Shown piece by piece: positions 19,813 to 29,040 of a DNA stretch of 64,000 bases. Below the pieces are notes generated by a model. It worked only from the letters and a program-made list of their open reading frames with translations. It did no database searches and had not been told where the DNA came from. Source of the stretch: a virus; the IMG/VR virus record IMGVR_UViG_3300025280_000022; one strand, written 5' to 3'. How positions within the stretch are numbered: position 1 is the stretch's first letter; each line of letters starts with the position of its first letter. The position numbers and the translations under genes are program-made.

Positions 19813-20841
19813 ATGCAAAAAGTAGCTTACAATCTCGGAGAGAACGCAATCACATTGTTTTTTGATGGACAGGTTCATACTGTTCGCAATGACAATATTA
19901 ACTTTCATCAAGTGCGTCAAGCCCTATTGGATGGAGAATATGATAAAGTTGTAAAGTTGGTGGATACCAAAAGTGCAGTTGAGGATTATGCTCACGGCAA
20001 TGTCGAAATCAAGGATGGAGATGTTTATTACAATCATTCTTCTGGTGAGCAAGAAAAGCTCGCAGGAGTTGTTATTGACAAGCTGTTGTCTCTTATGAGG
20101 ATGGGCATTAAAGACCCTTCTCCGATTTTCAATTTCATTGAAAGGTTGCTGGACAATCCTTCACATCATTCGGTGGAGCAGTTGTATAACTTTCTTAATT
20201 ACAAGGAACTCCCTGTTGACCCTGACGGCTATGTTATTGGCTATAAAGGCGTAGCAAATGATTATAAAGATAATTATTCTGGCAAGTTCGATAATAGTGT
20301 TGGTCAGGTTCTTGAAATGAAGCGCAGGAGTGTAGATGATGACCCTAATCGGGGTTGTTCCTATGGATTTCACGTTGGTTCGTTCGACTATGCAGATAGT
20401 TGGGCTGGAGCAGAAGGCAAACTAATGGTCGTTCGTTTTGACCCCAAGGACGCTGTAAGTGTTCCTAATGATTCTCAATATCAAAAGTTGCGAGTATGCA
20501 AGTATGAGGTTATTAACGAGATTACTGAAGGTCGTAAGGAATGGGCAAAGCCTGTCTATGTTGATGAAGATTGTGATTATGATTCCGATTGGGATGAAGA
20601 ATATGAGGATGAAGGTGAAGATTCATGGGATGATGATTTGTCTGCAAATGAATTAGCGATTCGTAACTATATTGAAAATCGTCATGCAGAAGGAATTAAT
20701 CCTACGATAAAACAAGTGCAGTCTCGCATGAAGGGCGTGTCGGTTTCAACTAAAGAAATTATTGAAATTGCCGAGAACTTGGACTACTATGTAGAGGAAA
20801 TTGATGGGGCGAAAACAAGTCGTTCCGAAATCTCTGGATAA
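19813..20841 (+). CDS. rIIB: rIIB-like protein
   Basis: NPS...VEQLY.FL, DG..IGYKGV, DNSVGQVLEM.R..VDDDP...CSYGFHVG, KLRVCKYEV. Confidence 0.88.
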   Translation: MQKVAYNLGENAITLFFDGQVHTVRNDNINFHQVRQALLDGEYDKVVKLVDTKSAVEDYAHGNVEIKDGDVYYNHSSGEQEKLAGVVIDKLLSLMRMGIKDPSPIFNFIERLLDNPSHHSVEQLYNFLNYKELPVDPDGYVIGYKGVANDYKDNYSGKFDNSVGQVLEMKRRSVDDDPNRGCSYGFHVGSFDYADSWAGAEGKLMVVRFDPKDAVSVPNDSQYQKLRVCKYEVINEITEGRKEWAKPVYVDEDCDYDSDWDEEYEDEGEDSWDDDLSANELAIRNYIENRHAEGINPTIKQVQSRMKGVSVSTKEIIEIAENLDYYVEEIDGAKTSRSEISG

Positions 20842-20936
20842 AAGTTTTGTTGGGATTCAGACTCTCGTCTCATTAAATTGGGATTCAAATGATTACCCCA
20901 AGGAACTGAATAAATACGGCATAAATTAAAATCTTA

Positions 20937-20969
20937 AAAATGGGAGCGAGAAAATCTCGCCCCATTTTA
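20937..20969 (+). terminator. intrinsic terminator
   Basis: AAAATGGG(A)GCGAG-AAAAT-CTCGCCCATTTT. Confidence 0.7.
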
Positions 20970-20997
20970 TTCTTTAATCTAAATTAATAAATATATA

Positions 20998-21264
20998 ATG
21001 ACACTCGCAACAGTAGAAACTCAAGCACCAGCAACAACGCTAGTCAATTCAATCAACAAAGCAAATGAAGCGCAAGTGGATGCTTCTTGGGCGATTCTTA
21101 AATACAAAGAAATTGGCATTTACCGAAAGGTCGCTTGCCTCTCACAACTTCTTGATGTTGATTTTAATGTTGTACTGGATGAGCTTCCGCAAGATGAAGA
21201 TGGCAGGATTTTGGATTACAAGACAAGGCATATCATACATGATGCTCTTATCGAAGTCTCATAA
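20998..21264 (+). CDS. hypothetical protein
   Basis: ORF track. Confidence 0.6.
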   Translation: MTLATVETQAPATTLVNSINKANEAQVDASWAILKYKEIGIYRKVACLSQLLDVDFNVVLDELPQDEDGRILDYKTRHIIHDALIEVS

Positions 21265-21316
21265 TTAAATATAAATTAAATAAAGAGCTTACAATCTATT
21301 CTTCCATCAGCATATA

Positions 21317-21535
21317 ATGGAAAATAAAAAAATCCCCATTCGTTATTTGGTTTACAATAGCAAAGGAGCATGGCAAGCATCCTATTCAACACAACTTGGA
21401 GCCAAGACAGCTTACAGATATGCAAAGATGTGTGTGATGCAAATGGGCGGTGAAATATTCGCAACCTTTCCCCATGATCCGCATACAGAAATCAGTATCT
21501 TCAAACACAAGAATAAAAAGCCTTTGAAGAAATAA
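21317..21535 (+). CDS. hypothetical protein
   Basis: ORF track. Confidence 0.55.
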   Translation: MENKKIPIRYLVYNSKGAWQASYSTQLGAKTAYRYAKMCVMQMGGEIFATFPHDPHTEISIFKHKNKKPLKK

Positions 21536-21726
21536 ATCCTTGACTTTGATAATTATTTACCATATACTTGATAGATAATAAAGGAACAAGCAAAAAGCAA
21601 CTGACTTGCGTAACTTATATAATAAAGGAAAAAACACTAACAAATTGCAGAGAAATAGAATATCGCAAAATACTTTAGGGTAGTGCGAAATCTCTAATTA
21701 TCGCAAATAACTATATAATTAATATT

Positions 21727-22041
21727 ATGAAATTGCAAATTGATAACTATCGTATTAGTAAATTGGATGATTTAAATGTTGTTATTGAACAGTATATTAA
21801 ACTTAATCCTCGTAATCCTTTTGGCAGACATGGCAGTAAAGGAAAAGCGAAACCAACTACAAATAAATTTAAATGGGTTAGGCTTGGTTACTATGCAACA
21901 TTGGCAGAAGCACTAAATAAATTAGTAAATCATAAACTCCTGTCTGTTGATGGCGAGCAAACTGCACAAGATTTGTTGTCAAGTTTGGCGCAACTCAAAG
22001 AAGAAATATTGGAAAAAGTTAGTGAAAAAAGTGGCTGGTAG
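21727..22041 (+). CDS. hypothetical protein
   Basis: W..LGYY.TL..AL pattern common in phage small proteins. Confidence 0.65.
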   Translation: MKLQIDNYRISKLDDLNVVIEQYIKLNPRNPFGRHGSKGKAKPTTNKFKWVRLGYYATLAEALNKLVNHKLLSVDGEQTAQDLLSSLAQLKEEILEKVSEKSGW

Positions 22042-22115
22042 ACCGCCGAAACTTTATCGAATTTTTCATTAAATTAGCCCCATTTTAAACAATTTAGGCG
22101 AAATAACAATATAAA

Positions 22116-22391
22116 ATGAGTATTTTGAAGAAATTTGGATTTGCCATTATTTGGTGTATATTTGGTTGCGGATGCGTTTTTAACCGCCCTCAACAAATAG
22201 ATTTAAATAATAAGCCTCAATATTATGCCAGCTTACATTACGAAGCGCAAATAAATAAAATTTACCAAGAGAAAAATGGTAATTGGAGAGTCGCAAAACA
22301 AACTAATATAAATGCAAATAAATATTGGAAAGCCTATCTTGATGCTCGTCATAATAGTGAGCGCACTCACCTCTTGCACAACAACAAATAA
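22116..22391 (+). CDS. putative lipoprotein
   Basis: Hydrophobic N-terminus with GCGC. Confidence 0.5.
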   Translation: MSILKKFGFAIIWCIFGCGCVFNRPQQIDLNNKPQYYASLHYEAQINKIYQEKNGNWRVAKQTNINANKYWKAYLDARHNSERTHLLHNNK

Positions 22392-22725
22392 CAGGCAGGG
22401 AAATCACAGAGGCGGTCAAGTCACCCACTTTTCGCAGAAGTCCGAAATAACTAATACAAGAGAACTAGAAATAAGAAAACCAACTTTACAAAAACTAAAA
22501 GTGATACAGCCGAAAATAGTTAAAGCGAAAACTACAAATAAAGAAGAAGCAAATACTTCTGAAGTAAAGCGAAATAAAGATAACTTAAACAAAGTCGCCG
22601 AATTAATTGAAGAAGAAAAACCATATGATAGGATGAACATGATTATGTTTTGGTTAGCCCTATTAAGCTCCAGCGTTTTGATCTGGTGTTCCGTATGGTT
22701 CGTTGGGCGCAGTCTCCTTAAATGA
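22312..22725 (+). CDS. putative membrane-anchored lipoprotein
   Basis: LTSC lipobox plus C-terminal TM helix. Confidence 0.55.
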   Translation: MQINIGKPILMLVIIVSALTSCTTTNNRQGNHRGGQVTHFSQKSEITNTRELEIRKPTLQKLKVIQPKIVKAKTTNKEEANTSEVKRNKDNLNKVAELIEEEKPYDRMNMIMFWLALLSSSVLIWCSVWFVGRSLLK

Positions 22726-22870
22726 AATGGTCACCAGAACACGATAGATACGTAGTAAAGAAAAATAAGAGCATGAACGACCAGAGAAACCTCTTACAAA
22801 AAGAAGATAGACTTTTACTCTGGATAACAATAGCAATGAGTATATTTTATGTTGGACTTGGACTGGTTTA

Positions 22871-23110
22871 TTGGCTATGGTCGAAATAATACATAGTTAT
22901 AAAATAAATAACTTCCATCGCTCTGGCATACAAATAAAAGAAACAACAAATAATACAATAAGCCTCACCTTAATTTCAAGCAATAAACTTGGAAATAAAC
23001 TTCAATCAATCAGCTTCACACCAAGCGAGTTGAAAGAAATAAATTGTGCAATAACAAAAATGCAAAAAGCTCTTGACTCACAAGATAGTTCTGGTAACAT
23101 TGAAGAATGA
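22871..23110 (+). CDS. hypothetical protein
   Basis: ORF track. Confidence 0.45.
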   Translation: MAMVEIIHSYKINNFHRSGIQIKETTNNTISLTLISSNKLGNKLQSISFTPSELKEINCAITKMQKALDSQDSSGNIEE

Positions 23111-23547
23111 AAAATAAGAAAAGCAATATTCTCACCTACTTAATTGTATTATTTTTTTTGGTAGGTTGTGCCGACGATAAACTAGAGAAGACCAACGCCA
23201 AGTTAGCGGAGGATCTTGAGAACAAGGATAGGGAGCTACAACAGAAAGAGCTTCAGCTTCAAGCGCAGACTACCGAAATACATCGACTAAACGTCCCTCC
23301 GCCCGATCTTCTACGCAAGATGGGAGGGCTTCCAGAAGCCTCCAATGCCAAATATGAAATAAGGATAAAGAATGATGCACAAGATGAGCGTCTTGCTGTT
23401 ACATCTGATCTGGAGTGGGCAAAGAAATATGTCGAACGCTACATGGAATATCATGGCGACCTTGTAGTATATGAATTAAAGTCAGGAAAAGCTTTATACT
23501 ATTGGAACAAAACAAATAAAAGCGAAATAACTCTTGACAAACAATAA
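23107..23547 (+). CDS. putative lipoprotein
   Basis: FLVGC lipobox, coiled coil, domain shared with 685/9819; leaderless promoter TTGACT(23073). Confidence 0.7.
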   Translation: MKNKKSNILTYLIVLFFLVGCADDKLEKTNAKLAEDLENKDRELQQKELQLQAQTTEIHRLNVPPPDLLRKMGGLPEASNAKYEIRIKNDAQDERLAVTSDLEWAKKYVERYMEYHGDLVVYELKSGKALYYWNKTNKSEITLDKQ

Positions 23548-23562
23548 AATTTATAGTATAAT
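23534..23562 (+). promoter_or_regulatory. consensus sigma70 promoter upstream of non-coding region
   Basis: TTGACA-17 nt-TATAAT, perfect. Confidence 0.85.
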
Positions 23563-23569
23563 ATACTTA

Positions 23570-23880
23570 TAATAATTGAGAAAGGTTAATTAGCTGGAGT
23601 TCAACATCCCAATCCTTTAAGTAGGATTTCAGATTGCTAGTCCAGTAAATAACCGAAGTTCTTTTGACAGATTTTTAATTTTCACTTTTGCTTGGCGGCG
23701 GCCGAGTAAAAAAAGAGGGTGACAGAATAACGGTTTGATACTCGTCGTAATGTGCGCTACCTATCCCCCAGAGGGCAATCGCTTGAGGGATAAGTGTTAG
23801 GGGCGGCTCGAAGTAGGTAACTAGACATTAGTTTATCCCGAAAAGTTGGAGGTAATAATGAAGACCTTCCCCTCGCCAAT
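23570..23880 (+). ncRNA. candidate structured ncRNA(s)
   Basis: No convincing ORF between a perfect promoter and a terminator; multiple nested stems. Confidence 0.55.
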
Positions 23881-23886
23881 TTTCTT

Positions 23887-23916
23887 AACCGCTTCAGCAA
23901 TCGCTGGGGCGGTTTT
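23887..23916 (+). terminator. intrinsic terminator
   Basis: AACCGCTTCAGC-AATC-GCTGGGGCGGTT-TT. Confidence 0.75.
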
Positions 23917-24038
23917 ATAATTTATAACAATGAATGAAGTAATAATATATGTAGTGTTGGTTTGCCTGTATGCTTATTATCTTACGACTAAATAAGATGC
24001 TAGGTTGAAATAATCTATGCCAAATAATAGTATATAGA

Positions 24039-24272
24039 GTGAAAAAATGGAAAGCTACCTTATGGGAAACCCCTCGTTCTTGCGGGTCTCCCATACCCAA
24101 GGGAATCAAGGGTCTCAATCAGTTTCCAGTTGATACAGTCTTATTGACTAAAAAATGTTATTCAACTGCGGAAGATATTTTCTTCACGGAACGACATTGG
24201 GGAACAAGAGAGAGGGAGCATCTTCATATTGAGATAGAGGAATTGCCTCGTATTGTTGAAACTGGGGCTTGA
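24039..24272 (+). CDS. hypothetical protein
   Basis: GTG start just after TTGAAA-17-TAGTAT. Confidence 0.55.
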   Translation: MKKWKATLWETPRSCGSPIPKGIKGLNQFPVDTVLLTKKCYSTAEDIFFTERHWGTREREHLHIEIEELPRIVETGA

Positions 24273-24303
24273 CATTCTCCACAGACCTGTCATAATGATA
24301 GGT

Positions 24304-24813
24304 ATGAAATTGATTACGGCTCAAAGATTATGCGTTCGCCTGATGGAGAAATTTGATATTCTCGGACAAGGCGAGGAAAAATGGAAATGGGGCGGCTTTA
24401 ACAATAAGCGAGCAAATTGCGGTGAATGTTATACTGCCCTAGGTCATCGTAAGATTATGCTTTCCAAGCATTACGTTGTGGCAAATCCCGAAAAAAACGT
24501 AAGGAATACAATCCTACATGAGATTGCTCACGCACTAGATACCGAAGAACGAGGCGACTCATGGCACGATGCAAATTGGCGTAAATGGTGCAGGTTCGTT
24601 GGTTGTCGTGAAGATCGAATCAATGATGAAGCTATCGTCAAATATAAGTACAACGATGCGTGTTGTGGTTCAGAGTTTGGGCGGCATCGCATAAGTAGCA
24701 ACCATGCTTACAGTTGCAGTAGTTGTGGCAGATCATTGTTTGTTAAGCGTGTAAAGAAGAACACCGCACACAAATATAAGCTCAAGCTAGAAGATTTAAT
24801 ATCAGTAAGATGA
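24304..24813 (+). CDS. SprT-like zinc metalloprotease
   Basis: TILHEIAHAL, H...W, C-terminal Cys cluster; leaderless ATG 24304. Confidence 0.85.
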   Translation: MKLITAQRLCVRLMEKFDILGQGEEKWKWGGFNNKRANCGECYTALGHRKIMLSKHYVVANPEKNVRNTILHEIAHALDTEERGDSWHDANWRKWCRFVGCREDRINDEAIVKYKYNDACCGSEFGRHRISSNHAYSCSSCGRSLFVKRVKKNTAHKYKLKLEDLISVR

Positions 24814-24956
24814 GAACCCCAGACAATATTCACTTACGATCCTGCAAAGAGCAAATCCAAAAAGAAATACAAGAACTTTCAGCATTAAAGCTTGCACCAT
24901 CAATAATTAAAGACCTTTGTCAAATAGTAGAAAATAACTTCAAGGACTTGGAATGA
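24810..24956 (+). CDS. small hypothetical protein
   Basis: 48 aa read by eye; EQIQ...LCQ.V shared with 26688. Confidence 0.55.
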   Translation: MRTPDNIHLRSCKEQIQKEIQELSALKLAPSIIKDLCQIVENNFKDLE

Positions 24957-25111
24957 AAAATCAAATCAAATATAGTGAAATAAGAGATTGGGTAGTTAAT
25001 TATCTTGAACATTGTAGCAAAGAAGATATTGTTAGATTATATGCGCAGGTGGAGTTAGGGAAGCGGTGGCGCTCCGAGCTGACTTATCTTGATATAGAAT
25101 GGGATGAATAA
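24953..25111 (+). CDS. small hypothetical protein
   Basis: QIKYSEI shared with QIKYSQI of 25104. Confidence 0.55.
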   Translation: MKNQIKYSEIRDWVVNYLEHCSKEDIVRLYAQVELGKRWRSELTYLDIEWDE

Positions 25112-25292
25112 TATGAGAAAACAAATCAAATATAGTCAAATATATGCTGATGTACTAGAAACCCTTGGAGGCGACCTTGCTTCTAGTTTTTTCTATGTTC
25201 CCAAAAAAGTTGTTGTGAGGATGTGGGTAAAATTGCCTAACCCCATGTGGGTAGGGAGGACGGACGATCTGGAAATTATCTATGATATGTGA
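25104..25292 (+). CDS. hypothetical protein
   Basis: ORF track. Confidence 0.55.
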   Translation: MNNMRKQIKYSQIYADVLETLGGDLASSFFYVPKKVVVRMWVKLPNPMWVGRTDDLEIIYDM

Positions 25293-25316
25293 AAAGTTAA
25301 TCGCATAGAAAATTTT

Positions 25317-25355
25317 GCCCCCCCGCCCGCCGCCAGCCCGCTTATAGAGCCAAAT
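25317..25355. repeat. GC-rich element, half copy (single box 25335-25355)
   Basis: CCCCGCCCGCCGCC-AGCCCGCTTATAGAGCC. Confidence 0.75.
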
Positions 25356-25383
25356 GGGGAGATAACTTTATTCATTTTTGGAC

Positions 25384-25411
25384 TTGACTTAATCAAAAAA
25401 AATGTCATAAT
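25384..25411 (+). promoter_or_regulatory. early promoter, leaderless
   Basis: TTGACT-16-CATAAT with TG extension; ATG 25419. Confidence 0.8.
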
Positions 25412-25418
25412 TAAAGGC

Positions 25419-25865
25419 ATGAAAGATAGGGAAATAGATTGGGATCGCAGAGTATACGTTTATCGCAACCTGCATAAAAACTGCTGGTCTGTGCGACAGA
25501 ACGGCCTGATTGTTCAACATACTAAAGAAGTTTCGTTGAAAGACGTTCGTTTCTTAGTGGGTCAAACTGGACGCAAGAAAGTTTTAAAAGAAAAGCGTAA
25601 GAATGTTCATGCTGGCATTTCAGGTTACCTTATGGGGTTTCGTGAGTCACACAAAGATATTAATGTTCCGAGATCACCAGCGGCAGCATTTTTCCCTAAC
25701 TCGGCACAGGTTGTTTACAATCCCTACAAGTACAAGACTTTTGTACGCATCCCAGAATACTCGTGGTCGCTCGTAAAAACGCAAGATCTAACGCCTGTAA
25801 AAAAGGCATCTTTCGCCTCTTTAAGCATTGACAATGGCGTGTTTGCCTATATGATAGAAGAATGA
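25419..25865 (+). CDS. conserved phage hypothetical protein
   Basis: VYVYRNLHK.CWSV...GR.KVLKEKRKNVHAG...YNPYKY pattern. Confidence 0.8.
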   Translation: MKDREIDWDRRVYVYRNLHKNCWSVRQNGLIVQHTKEVSLKDVRFLVGQTGRKKVLKEKRKNVHAGISGYLMGFRESHKDINVPRSPAAAFFPNSAQVVYNPYKYKTFVRIPEYSWSLVKTQDLTPVKKASFASLSIDNGVFAYMIEE

Positions 25866-26185
25866 AAATGTTAAAAGATTATACCGTTGTAAATGATGCG
25901 TCCCTGATCACGGACACCTTCTTGCAGGGTTACGTTATCAGCAGTTACCAGAACTTGGTAGACCTCTTTGGCGAACCCACCGTACAGTTCGATCCTTATA
26001 AAACCAGAGCCAACTGGGTGGTGCAGTTTGAAGATGGCGTGGTGGCAACCGTTTATGATTACAAGGTACACGGCAAGCCTATTGAGGAGGTTACCGAATG
26101 GAACGTGGGAGGAAAGTCCCATGTCGGTCACGATAGAATGATGGAACTCGTATATGGAGAAGTTTTCGATGACTCTGGTTTGTAA
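25862..26185 (+). CDS. conserved phage hypothetical protein
   Basis: SY..LV.LFGEP...K...W...F.DG.VATVYDYK...W.VGG. Confidence 0.75.
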   Translation: MKMLKDYTVVNDASLITDTFLQGYVISSYQNLVDLFGEPTVQFDPYKTRANWVVQFEDGVVATVYDYKVHGKPIEEVTEWNVGGKSHVGHDRMMELVYGEVFDDSGL

Positions 26186-26414
26186 TCCCCAGCTACAAGA
26201 ACACCTCGACCATGAGTTTGGGGCGCAGTACGATGATGTGCGTGAACGCTACGCAAACGAGATTCAAGACATGAGAGATTACGAAGAATCCGAGCGAGAG
26301 TATTACGAGTATATGCAAAAAGTATATGAGGCAGGTTTCGGTGATGACGACCAAGCATACGAAAATTCATGGAAAAGAACTGAAGCATACTTTAACGAAC
26401 GTAACCTTAACTAA
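26169..26414 (+). CDS. acidic hypothetical protein
   Basis: D/E-rich ORF, ATG 26169. Confidence 0.6.
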   Translation: MTLVCNPQLQEHLDHEFGAQYDDVRERYANEIQDMRDYEESEREYYEYMQKVYEAGFGDDDQAYENSWKRTEAYFNERNLN

Positions 26415-26421
26415 CCAAAAA

Positions 26422-26688
26422 ATGGACTACGATTACCTACAACTGCACCAAGACGACTACGGCTTCAACGTCAAGGCTTACAAAGCCGATGGTTATCCTT
26501 CATATTCCGTATGCGCTGGGATGACAAAGATTTCCTTTTTGGATTCTTTCAATTCCGAAGCCGAAGCGATTGAAGCGTACCCTGACCTCGTTGGTAGTGA
26601 TGGCGAAGTAAGTTATGGTTCTGCTTTCCTAGATGCCGACCTCAAGGACGTTTCCCACATTCCAGACACACCTGACCTATATATATAA
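26422..26688 (+). CDS. acidic hypothetical protein
   Basis: ATG 26422 after A-rich leader. Confidence 0.6.
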   Translation: MDYDYLQLHQDDYGFNVKAYKADGYPSYSVCAGMTKISFLDSFNSEAEAIEAYPDLVGSDGEVSYGSAFLDADLKDVSHIPDTPDLYI

Positions 26689-26876
26689 TGAAATTAGAAA
26701 AAACACACATGAAAACCTTGGCAGACTTGCGAGAGCAAATCCAAGAGGACATACTAACCTATATTGAATCAATACGAGTTACACAGTCGTGGAAAACTAT
26801 GGGCTTTCGGTACAAATCAGAGCTTTGTCAACTCGTAGGAGAAAGATTCAACCAATACACTAATGAATTACGATAG
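26688..26876 (+). CDS. hypothetical protein
   Basis: TAATG overlap. Confidence 0.6.
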   Translation: MKLEKTHMKTLADLREQIQEDILTYIESIRVTQSWKTMGFRYKSELCQLVGERFNQYTNELR

Positions 26877-27087
26877 TTGCGAACATGAATACATGGAACT
26901 GAAGTCTCAATTCCATCAAGAAAGAATGCTTGAGCCGACAGAACCTCACGACAAAGGTTATCTTTTAGTAGACGACAATCAAGTGCAAGAGGCTATTGGT
27001 TTTCGTTCTATTGATGGGGCAGTCGAATACGCCTCGTCCCTTGAACATGACCACTATACAATCTATCAACTCAAAAAAGTATTATGA
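26863..27087 (+). CDS. hypothetical protein
   Basis: ORF track. Confidence 0.55.
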   Translation: MNYDSCEHEYMELKSQFHQERMLEPTEPHDKGYLLVDDNQVQEAIGFRSIDGAVEYASSLEHDHYTIYQLKKVL

Positions 27088-27374
27088 TGACATCTCAATC
27101 AACTTTGGCCGTAAAGGGTTATATTATCGAGGAGGGCTTCCATCGTGAAAAGTGGCACCCTAAACAGCAGGCTTGCTGTGGCAACGGCAGGGCAACCCAT
27201 TATTATGACATTACCTACAAGGTGGATTATCGCATAACAAAATTCATCCGATTCGATAGGCTAGAACATAGGGAACAGTTTATTGAGTTACTGCACGAAG
27301 CAGGTTACAGATACGATGAGCTGTATGACAATCAACCCATCCCACCTCCACCAGGAGGAACAGTACGACCATGA
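27084..27374 (+). CDS. hypothetical protein
   Basis: ATGA overlap. Confidence 0.55.
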   Translation: MMTSQSTLAVKGYIIEEGFHREKWHPKQQACCGNGRATHYYDITYKVDYRITKFIRFDRLEHREQFIELLHEAGYRYDELYDNQPIPPPPGGTVRP

Positions 27375-27523
27375 AATACAGTGAACTATACTTTGAGAAA
27401 CACAATGACGATGAGATGAGTGCTTTTGCCCAACTCCTAGCTTACTTTCAGGCTTACTCAGTGAAGTTTGTCGTTGAGGATAGCCATACTTGTATTAAGC
27501 TCATGGTTCAGTGCACTGGGTGA
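27371..27523 (+). CDS. small hypothetical protein
   Basis: 50 aa by eye; stop abuts GC element. Confidence 0.5.
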   Translation: MKYSELYFEKHNDDEMSAFAQLLAYFQAYSVKFVVEDSHTCIKLMVQCTG

Positions 27524-27594
27524 AGTGAGTGATAGAGCGGGCTGGCGGCTGGCCGCCCCGCCCGCGCCGTGCCAATCCGCATGGATAGTGACTT
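27523..27594. repeat. bipartite GC-rich element
   Basis: Degenerate boxes at 27523 and 27574 (51 bp apart). Confidence 0.75.
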
Positions 27595-27691
27595 TATTAG
27601 ACCGCCTTATTGAACCCATAGCTGAAAAAGTTTTTTTGTTTTTTGTGCGATTGCCCTTGACTTAATCGTAAAAGATGTCATACTTAAAGGT

Positions 27692-27805
27692 ATGATAATT
27701 AAGGTAAGAAAGACAGGAATCTTTAGTAAAGCTCGCCCCTTCAAGCGTGTGAACAAAGTTCTCCCTCGCAAGCAAAAGCACAAGAAAAGGGTTGACATTT
27801 CCTAA
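27692..27805 (+). CDS. 37-aa basic peptide with RKxKHK motif
   Basis: Leaderless after TTGACT(27657)-16-CATACT; MIIKVRK...LPRKQKHKKRVDIS. Confidence 0.6.
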   Translation: MIIKVRKTGIFSKARPFKRVNKVLPRKQKHKKRVDIS

Positions 27806-27847
27806 AAAATCTATTTAATTAAAGGTAACAATTAAGCTAAAAAAACT

Positions 27848-28603
27848 ATGAAACAACTCAACCTATCAATCTGCGGTTCAGACCGCACCAAAGCAACCAT
27901 TGAAGATGTCCTCGCAGTCGAGACTCCTCAAAAGACCGACACGTGGACTCCTATCGGTCATGGTTTCCTCATCGACCAGACTCGCAAGCATCTTGACGAG
28001 AATGGTTTCGATGTTGTGGACGAAAATCACAACCTCGCTCGTTTTGGGCAACGCTATTTTGGTCTTATGCAAGTCCAAGATCGCAACGCTCCCGAAAATG
28101 CAGACAGGGCAACTGTCGTTGGTCTGCGGAATGGTCACGATAAGTGCTTTCCTGCTGGCATTATGGCTGGCGATGCTCCTTTCGTTTGCTCCAATCTCAT
28201 TTTCAGCAATGAGATCGTTATTGCTCGGAGGCATACCAAGAACATCGACAACATCAATGTAGCTGGCAACATCTTTATGAAGATTGCTAATGCCATTGGC
28301 AGGTTGCGTGAATCTTGGGTTGGTCAGGAAAAGCGTATTGACTCCTACAAGGAGTACGATCTTGGTTCCAACAAGGAGGCTAATGACCTCATCATCCGTG
28401 CGTATCAATCTGGTGCTTGCTCCAAGACCCAAATTGCTGACATTGTTGAGCAATGGAACAAACCCAACCACAACGAGTTTGCTGACCGCAACTTGTACTC
28501 TCTGTACAATTCGTTCAGCGAGGTCTGGAAGGGTAACTTGGGATTGCTTCCTGCTCGCTCGACTTCGCTCCACTCATTATTCGATGCAACTGCGGAGGCT
28601 TAA
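27848..28603 (+). CDS. DUF932-family protein
   Basis: T.TW.PI.H, GLRNGHDK, FVCSNL, RRHT, LYNSFSE. Confidence 0.75.
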   Translation: MKQLNLSICGSDRTKATIEDVLAVETPQKTDTWTPIGHGFLIDQTRKHLDENGFDVVDENHNLARFGQRYFGLMQVQDRNAPENADRATVVGLRNGHDKCFPAGIMAGDAPFVCSNLIFSNEIVIARRHTKNIDNINVAGNIFMKIANAIGRLRESWVGQEKRIDSYKEYDLGSNKEANDLIIRAYQSGACSKTQIADIVEQWNKPNHNEFADRNLYSLYNSFSEVWKGNLGLLPARSTSLHSLFDATAEA

Positions 28604-28651
28604 TCCTCCCAGTTGCCCATCCTTCAAGATTAACCTACTATATTAAAAGAT

Positions 28652-28891
28652 ATGAAAAACACTGCTCGTACTATTGACCAAGTTGTCAAGTCCTCACAAG
28701 GACGTTTCGTTTCGGTTCTCGTTTCACGTGGACTAAATCGCATCGCTCATTCGGCAAAGGTGAGTAGCGTAACTTCTGGTTACGTTTACTTTACCGATAC
28801 GAATAACGGTCGCCCCAACAGGCGTGTCGTTCGTGACCGTGTTCTGCGTGTCGCTTGTGGCAATGCGGTTTTCGCTCGTTCTTCGCTTTAA
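28652..28891 (+). CDS. hypothetical basic protein
   Basis: ORF track. Confidence 0.6.
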   Translation: MKNTARTIDQVVKSSQGRFVSVLVSRGLNRIAHSAKVSSVTSGYVYFTDTNNGRPNRRVVRDRVLRVACGNAVFARSSL

Positions 28892-28916
28892 TTAGCGGAG
28901 AATGCCCTCGGCTCCC

Positions 28917-28988
28917 AGCCCGCTCTATGAGCGGCCTGGCGGGCCGCGGCCCCGCCCGCCCAGCGGCAGACCGCATAAACACTGGGCT
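28917..28988. repeat. bipartite GC-rich element
   Basis: Boxes at 28917 and 28968. Confidence 0.9.
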
Positions 28989-29040
28989 CAGGGCGAAAGT
29001 TTAGGGTTGACTTAAACGCAAAAACCTGCATAATTAAGGT

